Positions 30,101 to 37,662 of a stretch of DNA of 64,000 nucleotides are shown here, in pieces. This DNA is from Candidatus Zhuqueibacterota bacterium (lineage in GTDB: Bacteria; Zhuqueibacterota; Zhuqueibacteria; Thermofontimicrobiales; Thermofontimicrobiaceae), in contig JBMOPW010000007.1 in assembly GCA_049322915.1 (NCBI GenBank), forward strand, positions 180,246 to 244,245, read 5' to 3'. The notes below the pieces were generated by a model, which was given only the letters and a program-made list of their open reading frames with translations, made no database searches and had not been told where the DNA came from. Positions within the stretch are counted from its first letter, which is position 1. The number at the start of each line of letters is the position of its first letter. A program made the position numbers and the translations under genes.

Positions 30101-30198
30101 ACAATGAGTACGTCTTCCGCTGCGCGCTTCGCATCAGGTACCTTCCAGAGTATCGGTACCTCAGTCTGGGTTTTCGTGTTGTCTGTTCCGCCGAGTGA
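27166..30198 (+). CDS. DUF4062-NACHT-FGE-sulfatase (C-type lectin fold) NLR-like protein, likely DGR target
   Basis: KVFISST...SITWLE (DUF4062), Walker A GDPGAGKT, Walker B LLDGLDE, HLTFQEYLAA, FLMG, LPTEAQWERAA, DMGGNVWEW and RGGSW...GFRVV. Confidence 0.92.
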   Translation: MPDSTQPATPKVFISSTVGDLTEFRTAVRDAALRIEFLPVMSEYFLASGARPPLDECLAKVDACDVLVVIVAHRFGWIPEKQPGKERKSITWLECERARMNGTEILAFLADEKMEWDEKKKESYRLVEAANSGTLTPALSEDVLQAMNELDVFKAWLNKNYVRDTFTNFSDLAAKVSPALSDWRERHRAQFPVTTVTSDPTRYLQWIYDECSTIPIRGLAVGSGKVHTFGIEELYIPLKTAGEQKERGSDKKTMAPDVAPRKVELHETLTHKYLTIIGDPGAGKTTFLRRIAFHASRALLHLPLPVTAKAFTPGRDDFPIFIRLGELTEYIIRCRKRNDCAHPVAADDPEWILQFLADRSQSKSWGLSREHFKQKFQSGDTIFLLDGLDEAPDRITRESMCRLVESCMRDYPGCSFVVTSRPGAYRDNAVLQNFYHVTIEPLEDSSIQTFLRRWSDALFPGSPAQAGDHYNDLNGALQSRIEIRRMARNPVMLTALAVVHWNESRLPEQRADLYESVITWLLRSREQRPGRLSAEQCGARLQNLALAMQNHPEGRKVSVGRRWAAEAIKDDFPGKTKEQKIAAAETFLSEEEVDSGIVVGRGNNITFWHLTFQEYLAAKALGGKSDETQKSLLVNRKILHDPDWREVLLLFAGVLYGQGVDKVDNFFRAILDKVEENKDLGSRARCVGIIGGMLRDLSPFKYEIKDPRFKKMLNNVMAIFDKEKARNIDVKTRLEAADALGQAGDPRLNETDWVKIPAGSFLMGAQKENKAKPNYNESAQEWESPVHEVKLSAFKISRYLVTVGQYRQFVENDGYQNRAYWTNGGWEQFTEPKDWEQQLVFPSRPVVGVSWYEASAFAAWAKVKLPTEAQWERAAQGKSGKYHKYPWGDAEPDGKISNSGHTKLGHPSPVGLFPDDCTEEGVLDMGGNVWEWCRDWFDDTGFYEKSTGFLNPLNDEDGSPGAFGKKEGRVVRGGSWDFDNEYVFRCALRIRYLPEYRYLSLGFRVVCSAE
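30070..30198 (+). other. Putative DGR variable region (VR)
   Basis: All 14 codons at the canonical Asn positions between RGGSW and GFR end in C or T, so all are derivable from AAC/AAT. Confidence 0.75.
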
Positions 30199-30265
30199 GT
30201 ATCTGTTAATCTGACCATCTGGAAATCTGAAAAAAAATTTTTTTTGGAGAAAGGTGAATGCAGCC

Positions 30266-30379
30266 TTGAAAACCTACAAAAATTTATTCGACAAAATCAC
30301 GAGTTTCGAAAACCTGCTGCTGGCGGTGAAAAAGGCGGCACAGGGGAAGAGCGGGAATTATAATGTGTTGCAATTCTGA
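30266..30379 (+). pseudogene. Truncated N-terminus of a DGR-type reverse transcriptase
   Basis: TTG start (in-frame GTG at 30254) gives MKTYKNLFDKITSFENLLLAVKKAAQGKSGNYNVLQF*. The stop lies inside a repeat. Confidence 0.7.
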
Positions 30380-30646
30380 TCGTTCGGGAATTCATCCCGA
30401 AGGTTCGGGATATTTATCCCGAATGGTGCGTTGCTCTGGGACAGACGTCCCGGCTATTGCCCGCGCTGGATAGATATCCAGCGCGATCCTGATTCAGGCA
30501 CAATTGAGAATTGACAATTGCCAATTGACAATTGAAAATGGCCGATTGTCAATTCTGATCGTTCGGGAATTCATCCCGAACGGTGCGGTGTTTGGGGACA
30601 GACGTCCCGGCCATTGCCCGCGCTGGATGAATATCCAGCGCGATCC
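30371..30646. repeat. Duplicated cluster of REP-like palindromes separated by a heptamer array
   Basis: 30371-30489 resembles 30550-30646. Hairpins TTCGGGA/TCCCGAA, GGGAC/GTCCC and CGCGCTGGAT/ATCCAGCGCG, with AATTGAC-type heptamers between. Confidence 0.85.
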
Positions 30647-30727
30647 GGCAGGATTAGTTACCGGCGCTCCCGCGTCCGGCGTTTTCCCGCCGGTGTCCCA
30701 GAAATTAAACCCCCGGCTAAAAAGTTG

Positions 30728-30756
30728 TTGACTTTCAAAAATTATACTTTTATATT
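30728..30756 (+). promoter_or_regulatory. Sigma70-type promoter of glnS
   Basis: TTGACT-N17-TATATT. Confidence 0.7.
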
Positions 30757-30923
30757 AAGCGCTAATTCAATTTTTTCAACCGCTGTAAAAGGCGCAGACG
30801 TCACGGCGAACCATCGCCCTGCGTTATGTCCGGCGTCCGAAATCAGTCAGGGACAGGACACGCCGGGTTCATCGCGACGGTGCGCTTGTAATGACTATAA
30901 TTACCTGGAAAGGACATGCGAAT

Positions 30924-32624
30924 ATGACTGCTCCTGAAACGAATCGCACCCCCAATTTTATTCGCAATATCATCAGAGAGGATCTGGAGACCGGCAAGTT
31001 CGACGGGCGCGTTCATACGCGATTCCCGCCGGAGCCCAATGGCTACCTTCACATCGGCCATGCCAAATCCATCTGTCTGAATTTCGGTCTCGCTGAAGAA
31101 TTCGGCGGCCTGTACAATCTGCGATTTGACGACACCAACCCGGTTAAAGAAGAAGATGAATATGTGAATTCCATTATCGAGGACGTGCGCTGGCTGGGAT
31201 TTGACTGGCAGGACCGACTGTATTATGCATCCGATTATTTTGAGCAGATGTATCAGTACGCCATTCAACTCATCCGCATGGGCGCGGCGTATGTCTGCGA
31301 TTTGACGCCGGACCAAATTCGGGACTATCGCGGCACATTGACCGAGCCGGGCAAAAACAGCCCCTATCGCGATCGCTCCATCGAAGAAAATCTCGACCTG
31401 TTCCAGCGGATGCGCGCCGGGGAATTCCCGGATGGCTCCCGCGTGCTGCGCGCCAAAATAGACATGACCTCGCCCAATTTGAACATGCGCGACCCGGTGC
31501 TGTACCGCATTCTGCACGCCCGGCATCATCGCACCAAAGACGCCTGGTGCATTTACCCGATGTACGACTGGGCCCATGGGCTGGAGGATTCCATCGAGCG
31601 CATCACGCATTCCATCTGCACGCTGGAGTTCGAGGATCACCGACCGCTGTACGACTGGTTTCTGGATCAGTTGGACGTGTATCATCCCCAGCAAATCGAG
31701 TTCGCCCGATTGAATCTCAGCCATACCGTGATGAGCAAGCGGAAATTGCTGCAACTGGTGCAGGAGAAATATGTCCGCGGCTGGGATGATCCCCGCATGC
31801 CGACAATCTCCGGCCTGCGCCGGCGCGGCTACACCCCGGAGTCCATTCGCGATTTTGCCGAGAAGATCGGCGTGGCCAAGCGGGACAGTATGGTGGACCT
31901 GGCGCTGCTGGAGCACTGCCTGCGCGAAGACCTGAACAAGCGGGCGCCGCGCGTGATGGGTGTGCTTCATCCGCTCAAAGTGATCATCGATAATTACCCG
32001 GAGGGTCAGGTGGAGTACCTGGACGCCATCAATAACCCGGAGGATGAATCCGCCGGCCTGCGCAGCGTGCCTTTCTCCCGCGAACTTTATATTGAGCAAT
32101 CGGATTTCATGGAGAATCCGCCGAAGAAATTCTATCGGCTCTCCCCGGGCGCCGAGGTGCGACTGCGCTATGCTTATTACATCACCTGCGTCGGTGTTGT
32201 GAAAGATGAGCACACCGGTGAAATCAAGGAACTGCATTGCACGTACGATCCAGAGTCCCGCGGCGGCTATTCTCCGGACGGTCGCCGGGTGAAGAGCACC
32301 ATCCATTGGGTATCTGCCGGTCAGGCGCTGAAAGCGGAGGTGCGGCTGTACGATAATTTGCTGAGCGTCGCTGATCCTTCCCGGGAAGAGAATGGCGGGG
32401 ATTTCAAATCATTTTTGAACCCGAATTCGCTGGAAATTCTGGCGGAATGTTTTGTGGAACCATCGCTGGCCAGCGCCAGACCCGGCGATCGATTTCAATT
32501 TGAGCGCCTGGGCTACTTCAGCATGGACCCTGATTCCCGGGAAAACAAGCCCGTGTTCAACCGAACCGTTACCTTGCGGGATACCTGGGCCAGGATGGAA
32601 AAGTCAGGCAAAACCGATGAATAA
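30924..32624 (+). CDS. glnS: Glutamine--tRNA ligase
   Basis: [38 protein letters not shown] and FQFERLGYF. Confidence 0.97.
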   Translation: MTAPETNRTPNFIRNIIREDLETGKFDGRVHTRFPPEPNGYLHIGHAKSICLNFGLAEEFGGLYNLRFDDTNPVKEEDEYVNSIIEDVRWLGFDWQDRLYYASDYFEQMYQYAIQLIRMGAAYVCDLTPDQIRDYRGTLTEPGKNSPYRDRSIEENLDLFQRMRAGEFPDGSRVLRAKIDMTSPNLNMRDPVLYRILHARHHRTKDAWCIYPMYDWAHGLEDSIERITHSICTLEFEDHRPLYDWFLDQLDVYHPQQIEFARLNLSHTVMSKRKLLQLVQEKYVRGWDDPRMPTISGLRRRGYTPESIRDFAEKIGVAKRDSMVDLALLEHCLREDLNKRAPRVMGVLHPLKVIIDNYPEGQVEYLDAINNPEDESAGLRSVPFSRELYIEQSDFMENPPKKFYRLSPGAEVRLRYAYYITCVGVVKDEHTGEIKELHCTYDPESRGGYSPDGRRVKSTIHWVSAGQALKAEVRLYDNLLSVADPSREENGGDFKSFLNPNSLEILAECFVEPSLASARPGDRFQFERLGYFSMDPDSRENKPVFNRTVTLRDTWARMEKSGKTDE

Positions 32625-32725
32625 AATTTCAATGTTCAAACGGCTGTTCACATCCTGCATGAAATCATGTTTTGTTTGAGTTTTGAATGTGTCTCTCTGA
32701 GTGTTGGAATTCATTTGTCATTCAG

Positions 32726-32912
32726 GAGTCCACTCTAAAAATGGGCTGAAGCCCCAAAATCAGAGGTGAATTTCTGTTCCCCGACCTAAGAGTCGGGGCT
32801 ATTCAAGTCCTCTGATTTTTAAATTTTTCAATGAATTGCCACGTCATTGATGGCGTGGAAAAGAATCACAACCAACGTATCAAAGCCTTTTAAGGCTTTT
32901 TAGAGTCGACCC
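32726..32912. repeat. Composite palindromic (REP/MITE-like) element
   Basis: Terminal IR GAGTCCACTCTAAAAA/TTTTTAGAGTCGACCC (14/16) enclosing four hairpins. Confidence 0.65.
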
Positions 32913-32965
32913 ATTCAGCATTTTAAAAATGCCTGTCGCTGCGAAAATACTATGAAGGAGGATGT

Positions 32966-33718
32966 ATGAAAATTTTGGTGTGCGTGAAACAAGTGCCGGA
33001 CACGGAGTCCAGAATCAAAATTGCCGACAATAAAAAAGCGATCGACCCGACGGATATCAACTGGGTGTTAAATCCGTACGACGAATATGCCGTGGAAGAA
33101 GCATTGCGGATAAAAGAGAAGAAGGGCGATTCAACGGTTACAGTCATAAGCGTCGGGCCGGAGCGAGCGGTTTCCGCCATTCGCAGCGCGCTGGCCATGG
33201 GCGCCGATGAAGCCTATCTCGTCAAGACCGATCGCGCGGATCTGGATTCGCTGGCAGTTGCCAAAGCGCTGGTTTCCGTTGTCAAAGACATGCCGCACGA
33301 TTTGATTCTGTTCGGCAAGCAGGCCGTGGACTACGACAATTTGCAGGTCGGCCCCATGGTCGCGGAGATGCTGAATCTGCCCTGCGCCACGTTCATCACT
33401 GAGTTGATTCTGGATGGTGGCAAGGCCGTGGTGAAACGGGAATTCGAGGGCGGCACTGAAGTGATCGAGACGTCGCTGCCGGCCGTGTTCACCGCAGAAA
33501 AAGGATTGAATGAACCGCGCTACCCGGCGCTGCGCGGCATTATGTTGGCCAAGAAGAAAACCATCAACGAGAAAACCGCAGACTTTGGCAGTCCGAAAAT
33601 CGCCATCACTCAGATCGAATATCCGCCTTCGCGCAAAGGCGGCATGATTGTGGGCCAGGGCGCTGATGCTGTGCCGGCGCTGGTGCGACTGCTGCGCGAA
33701 GAAGCTAAAGTTGTGTGA
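32966..33718 (+). CDS. etfB: Electron transfer flavoprotein beta subunit
   Basis: MKILVCVKQVPD, NPYDEYAVEEA, ALAMGAD, GKQAVD and NEPRY. Confidence 0.96.
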   Translation: MKILVCVKQVPDTESRIKIADNKKAIDPTDINWVLNPYDEYAVEEALRIKEKKGDSTVTVISVGPERAVSAIRSALAMGADEAYLVKTDRADLDSLAVAKALVSVVKDMPHDLILFGKQAVDYDNLQVGPMVAEMLNLPCATFITELILDGGKAVVKREFEGGTEVIETSLPAVFTAEKGLNEPRYPALRGIMLAKKKTINEKTADFGSPKIAITQIEYPPSRKGGMIVGQGADAVPALVRLLREEAKVV

Positions 33719-34029
33719 GAAATTCAAAAAAGCAAATAACAAAATTCAAATAAATCTCAAAAATGGATTTCTATACTAAAATTTAGCTATTTAATTTTTA
33801 AAGATATATGGAGTGAATTGACTGTGTCAATTCAAGCATCGACACAGTCGATGCACTCTATACTAAAATAATACGTTAAATGCTCATTTGACATTTCATT
33901 TTAGAAATTCAGGATTCAAATAAATTTCAAATGTTCGTGGCAGAGGCTATAGTCCAATGCGAATTTTGGTCATTGAAATTTTGAAATTGGAATTTATTTG
34001 TAATTTAAAATTTGAGGTTTGTTATTTTC
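33719..34029. repeat. Nested inverted-repeat elements between etfB and etfA
   Basis: AT-rich CAAATAAAT-type outer arms, an inner double palindrome at 33806-33862, and a 13-bp direct repeat TCTATACTAAAAT. Confidence 0.7.
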
Positions 34030-34083
34030 GATTCAACCTATTAAACTGAAGATAAGAATTGAATATAAAAACTGGAGGAGTCA

Positions 34084-35070
34084 ATGTCAAAACCAGTGTT
34101 CGTAGTGACGGAACAACGAAATGGCGTGTTTCGGAATGTCAGTTTTGAAGCAGTAAGTCAGGGCCGGCGTCTGGCAGATCAGATGGGCAGCGAACTTGTG
34201 GCCGTGGTGCTGGGCAGCGGGATCGACGGCATCAGTCAGATACCCGGCTTCTATGGCGCAGATAAAGTGCTGGTCGGCGATAGCCCCCTTTTCGGGAAAT
34301 ACAATGCCGACGCATTCACAAAAGCAATTGTGGACGCGGTGAAATCGGTCGATCCGGAAATCATCATGCTGCCGGCGACGTCCATGGGAAAAGACCTGGC
34401 CCCGCGACTTGCGGCGCGACTGGATGTTGCATTGGCCACTGATTGCACGCGGCTTTCACTGGAAAATGGGAAGCTGCATGCGTTGCGGCCGATGTTTGCC
34501 GGCAAGGTTTTGGCCAGTCACGAATTATTGGCCTCGCCGCAACTGGTGTCCATTCGCCCCAATGTTTTTCGGGCATCCAGTCCGGACAACTCCCGGACTG
34601 CGGTCGTGGAAAAACTGACGATCACCACGTCGCCGTCCGAATTGAAGGCTGTGGTGAAAGAGATCATCTCCGGCGCCGGCGGTAAAATCGATTTGACCGA
34701 AGCGTCCATCATTGTCTCCGGCGGGCGCGGCATGAAAGGCCCGGAGAATTTTGCCATCCTGGAAGAATTGGCCAATCTGTTGGGCGCGGCTGTGGGCGCT
34801 TCCCGCTCTGCTGTGGATTCCGGCTGGCGGCCTCATGCAGATCAGGTGGGACAGACAGGGAAGACGGTGTCCCCGGATCTGTACATTGCCTGCGGTATCT
34901 CCGGCGCGATTCAGCATCTGGCCGGGATGTCTTCATCCAAATACATCGTGGCCATCAACAAAGACCCGGAAGCGCCGATCTTCCAGCGCGCTGATTACGG
35001 GATCGTTGGCGACCTGTTCGACGTGGTGCCGGCGTTGACCCAGGAACTGAAAAAGATTGTCGATAAATAA
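34084..35070 (+). CDS. etfA: Electron transfer flavoprotein alpha subunit
   Basis: SGGRG, GASR, QVGQTGK, GISGAIQH and AINKDPEAPIF. Confidence 0.96.
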   Translation: MSKPVFVVTEQRNGVFRNVSFEAVSQGRRLADQMGSELVAVVLGSGIDGISQIPGFYGADKVLVGDSPLFGKYNADAFTKAIVDAVKSVDPEIIMLPATSMGKDLAPRLAARLDVALATDCTRLSLENGKLHALRPMFAGKVLASHELLASPQLVSIRPNVFRASSPDNSRTAVVEKLTITTSPSELKAVVKEIISGAGGKIDLTEASIIVSGGRGMKGPENFAILEELANLLGAAVGASRSAVDSGWRPHADQVGQTGKTVSPDLYIACGISGAIQHLAGMSSSKYIVAINKDPEAPIFQRADYGIVGDLFDVVPALTQELKKIVDK

Positions 35071-35395
35071 TTTTTGAAAATGAAATGCCCCATGGCCGGG
35101 AGAGTAATTCCACATCGTCCGGGTCATGGGCTGAAAATTTGTCTGAATTCAGGATGCGCTCCGCCAATCGTGTGCGGAGAGATTTTCAGAAGACATGAGT
35201 GAGATCGGTGGACAGGCGGCTGTTCGCCGATTGCTGTTTTGCGATCACCCGCGATCACCCTCAATCAGCGGTGATGCAACCGAGTGATCCTTCATTCGTC
35301 CATTGAATTCGAACGGCTGACAGACTGGCTGGTAGGGAAGAACAGGGCGAATTTCGATTCGCGTGCATTTATTCACCAACCGAAAGGAAAAACAG

Positions 35396-37396
35396 ATGCC
35401 TTCACAAATTCCCGCGCGGGAAGTGTTTTGGAACATCCCGTTTCATCTCATCATTTATCCTCTCATGGTGGCGGCGCTGGCCATTTTCTTCTACGGACTC
35501 TATCGAAGGATGAAATTCTGGAAGCTCGGGCAGAGCGAGCATCGCTCCGCGTACATCGGGCAGCGGATCAAGTCTCTGCTCATCTACGCCCTGGGCCACG
35601 GACGGATTCTCAAAGAAGCCTATCCGGGATTGATGCACCTGCTCATTTTCATCGGCTTTGCGATACTTTTCATCGGCACCGCGGTGGTCAGTTTCGATTA
35701 CGATGTGTGGGGACTCATCTTCGGCCAGCCATCGTTTCTCATCGGTGAATTTTACAAAATCTTTTCGCTGATACTGGATATCGCTGGTGTGGCAGCGATC
35801 GTTGGAATTCTGATTGCGCTTTTCCGGCGATACATTCAACGACCGGATCGGCTCAATAATCTGCTGGATGATGGCGTGATTCTGATCTGGCTTCTGGTCA
35901 TTCTCGTGAGCGGGTTTCTGGTCGAGGCGGCGCGAATTGCCAGCACCAATCCGGAATGGGAGAAGTGGTCTGTGGTCGGTTACGCCCTGTCCGGACTGTG
36001 CACTGCGGACAGCCAGTTCTGGCATCGCATTTTGTGGCTGGGACATATCCTCATCTCCTTCGGATTCATCGCGTACATCCCGCATTCCAAGTTGGTTCAC
36101 ATCATCACCTCTTCGATCAATATTTACCTGCGCTCGTTCGAACCCAAAGGCGCGCTGAAATCCATTGACATCGAGAACTCCGAGATATTCGGCGCCAGCA
36201 AAATCAGCGATTTCACCTGGAAGCAATTGTTGGACCTGGATGCCTGTACCCGATGCGGCCGTTGTCAGGACCTGTGCCCGGCCTATCTGAGCGGAAAGCC
36301 GCTGTCGCCGAAAAAGCTCATCCTCGATTTGCAGGCCAATCTGTACGCGCAGGGCAGGGAACTGCTGGCCGGCCGCCAGATTGACGATGCCATAGCGCTG
36401 GTGGGAACAGCCGTAACGGCCGAGGAAATCTGGGCCTGTACCACGTGTCGCGCCTGCATGGAAGCTTGTCCGGTTTTCATTGAGCACATCGACAAGGTCG
36501 TGGATCTGCGCCGCGATCGGACATTGATGGTGAGCGATTTCCCGTCCGAATTGAACCAGACGTTCAAGGGCATGGAGAACAATTTCAACCCGTGGGGCAT
36601 TGGCTTTTCCAAACGCGCGGATTGGGCCGAGGGAGTAGCCCTCAAGCGGTTGGACGCCGGCGAAACTGCCGATGTATTGTGGTTTGTCGGATGCGCCGGC
36701 TCGTTCGATGATCGCGCCAGAAAAGTGTCCCTGGCATTCGCGAAGATATTGGCTGCGAGCGGGCTGGATGTTGGCATCCTGGGCGCTGAGGAAAAATGCT
36801 GCGGCGAAACGGCGCGACGGCTGGGCAACGAGTATCTGGCCCAGACGCTGATGGAGATGAACATCGAATTATTCAATGAAATGGGGATAAAAAAAATTGT
36901 CACGTTCTGTCCCCATTGCTACAACACGTTCAAAAATGAGTATCCTCAATTCAAAGGCAATTACCAGGTTCAGCACAGCACCGAGCTGCTGGCAGAACTG
37001 ATTCAGACCGGAAAAATTAAACTGAACAAGTCAATTGATAAAAAAATCACGTACCACGATTCCTGTTACCTGGGTCGATACGACGGCGTGTTCGATGCGC
37101 CGCGCGACATTTTAAAAGGAATCAGTGAGAAGCCGTTGTGCGAAATGCTGCGCAACAAAAATCGAAGTTTCTGCTGCGGCGCCGGCGGCGGAAGAATGTG
37201 GCTGGATGAGACCATCGGCGAGCGCATCAACAATTTGCGCACCGAACAGGCGTTGGAAACCGGCGCGGAAATGATCGCCACGTCATGTCCGTATTGCCTC
37301 ACCATGTTCACCGATGGATTGAAAGACAAAAACGCTGCGGATAAAGTCTGGGCTGCGGACATCATCGAACTTGTCGAACAGGCAATGATCAAATAG
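35396..37396 (+). CDS. Membrane Fe-S oxidoreductase (FadF / ETF:quinone oxidoreductase-like, with NarI-like, 4Fe-4S and CCG domains)
   Basis: Transmembrane region with His residues, CTRCGRCQDLCP, CTTCRACMEACP and two CCG motifs. Confidence 0.9.
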   Translation: MPSQIPAREVFWNIPFHLIIYPLMVAALAIFFYGLYRRMKFWKLGQSEHRSAYIGQRIKSLLIYALGHGRILKEAYPGLMHLLIFIGFAILFIGTAVVSFDYDVWGLIFGQPSFLIGEFYKIFSLILDIAGVAAIVGILIALFRRYIQRPDRLNNLLDDGVILIWLLVILVSGFLVEAARIASTNPEWEKWSVVGYALSGLCTADSQFWHRILWLGHILISFGFIAYIPHSKLVHIITSSINIYLRSFEPKGALKSIDIENSEIFGASKISDFTWKQLLDLDACTRCGRCQDLCPAYLSGKPLSPKKLILDLQANLYAQGRELLAGRQIDDAIALVGTAVTAEEIWACTTCRACMEACPVFIEHIDKVVDLRRDRTLMVSDFPSELNQTFKGMENNFNPWGIGFSKRADWAEGVALKRLDAGETADVLWFVGCAGSFDDRARKVSLAFAKILAASGLDVGILGAEEKCCGETARRLGNEYLAQTLMEMNIELFNEMGIKKIVTFCPHCYNTFKNEYPQFKGNYQVQHSTELLAELIQTGKIKLNKSIDKKITYHDSCYLGRYDGVFDAPRDILKGISEKPLCEMLRNKNRSFCCGAGGGRMWLDETIGERINNLRTEQALETGAEMIATSCPYCLTMFTDGLKDKNAADKVWAADIIELVEQAMIK

Positions 37397-37476
37397 CTGC
37401 GATGATGGAGCAGGATGATGACGGCTCGCCACGTTCATCGGCTCAGCGATTACGGTTTTCGAAAAATAGGCTCATT

Positions 37477-37510
37477 AAAAAAGCCCTGTGATTGCTTCTC
37501 ACAGGGCTTT
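37477..37510. terminator. Bidirectional terminator
   Basis: AAAGCCCTGTGA/TCACAGGGCTTT stem between convergent genes. Confidence 0.8.
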
Positions 37511-37662
37511 ATCGTTTGATTCAGGATTGATTTCATTGCAAATAAATCGGTTCAGATGACGACACTATGGACGGGCAGGATAGATGTGCCTTGATGCATT
37601 GCCGCTATTGGCCTCGAGTTGATACCCTTCCTACAAAAAATTCTGCTTAACAGATCTTCGGA

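Noticed and set aside
30504..30937. Short ORFs 30504-30731 and 30614-30937
   Set aside because: They are translations of heptamer/REP repeats and the glnS promoter, and do not continue the RT.
30843..32306. 487-aa minus-strand ORF
   Set aside because: Antisense shadow of glnS with no motifs.
32706..32724. Possible FadR box before etfB
   Set aside because: Only one half-site (TCATTCA) matches.
35402..36487. 361-aa minus-strand ORF
   Set aside because: Antisense shadow of the Fe-S oxidoreductase.
17588..37527. Recurrent ATTCAGG in intergenic regions
   Set aside because: It also occurs often in coding DNA, and enrichment cannot be shown without counting.
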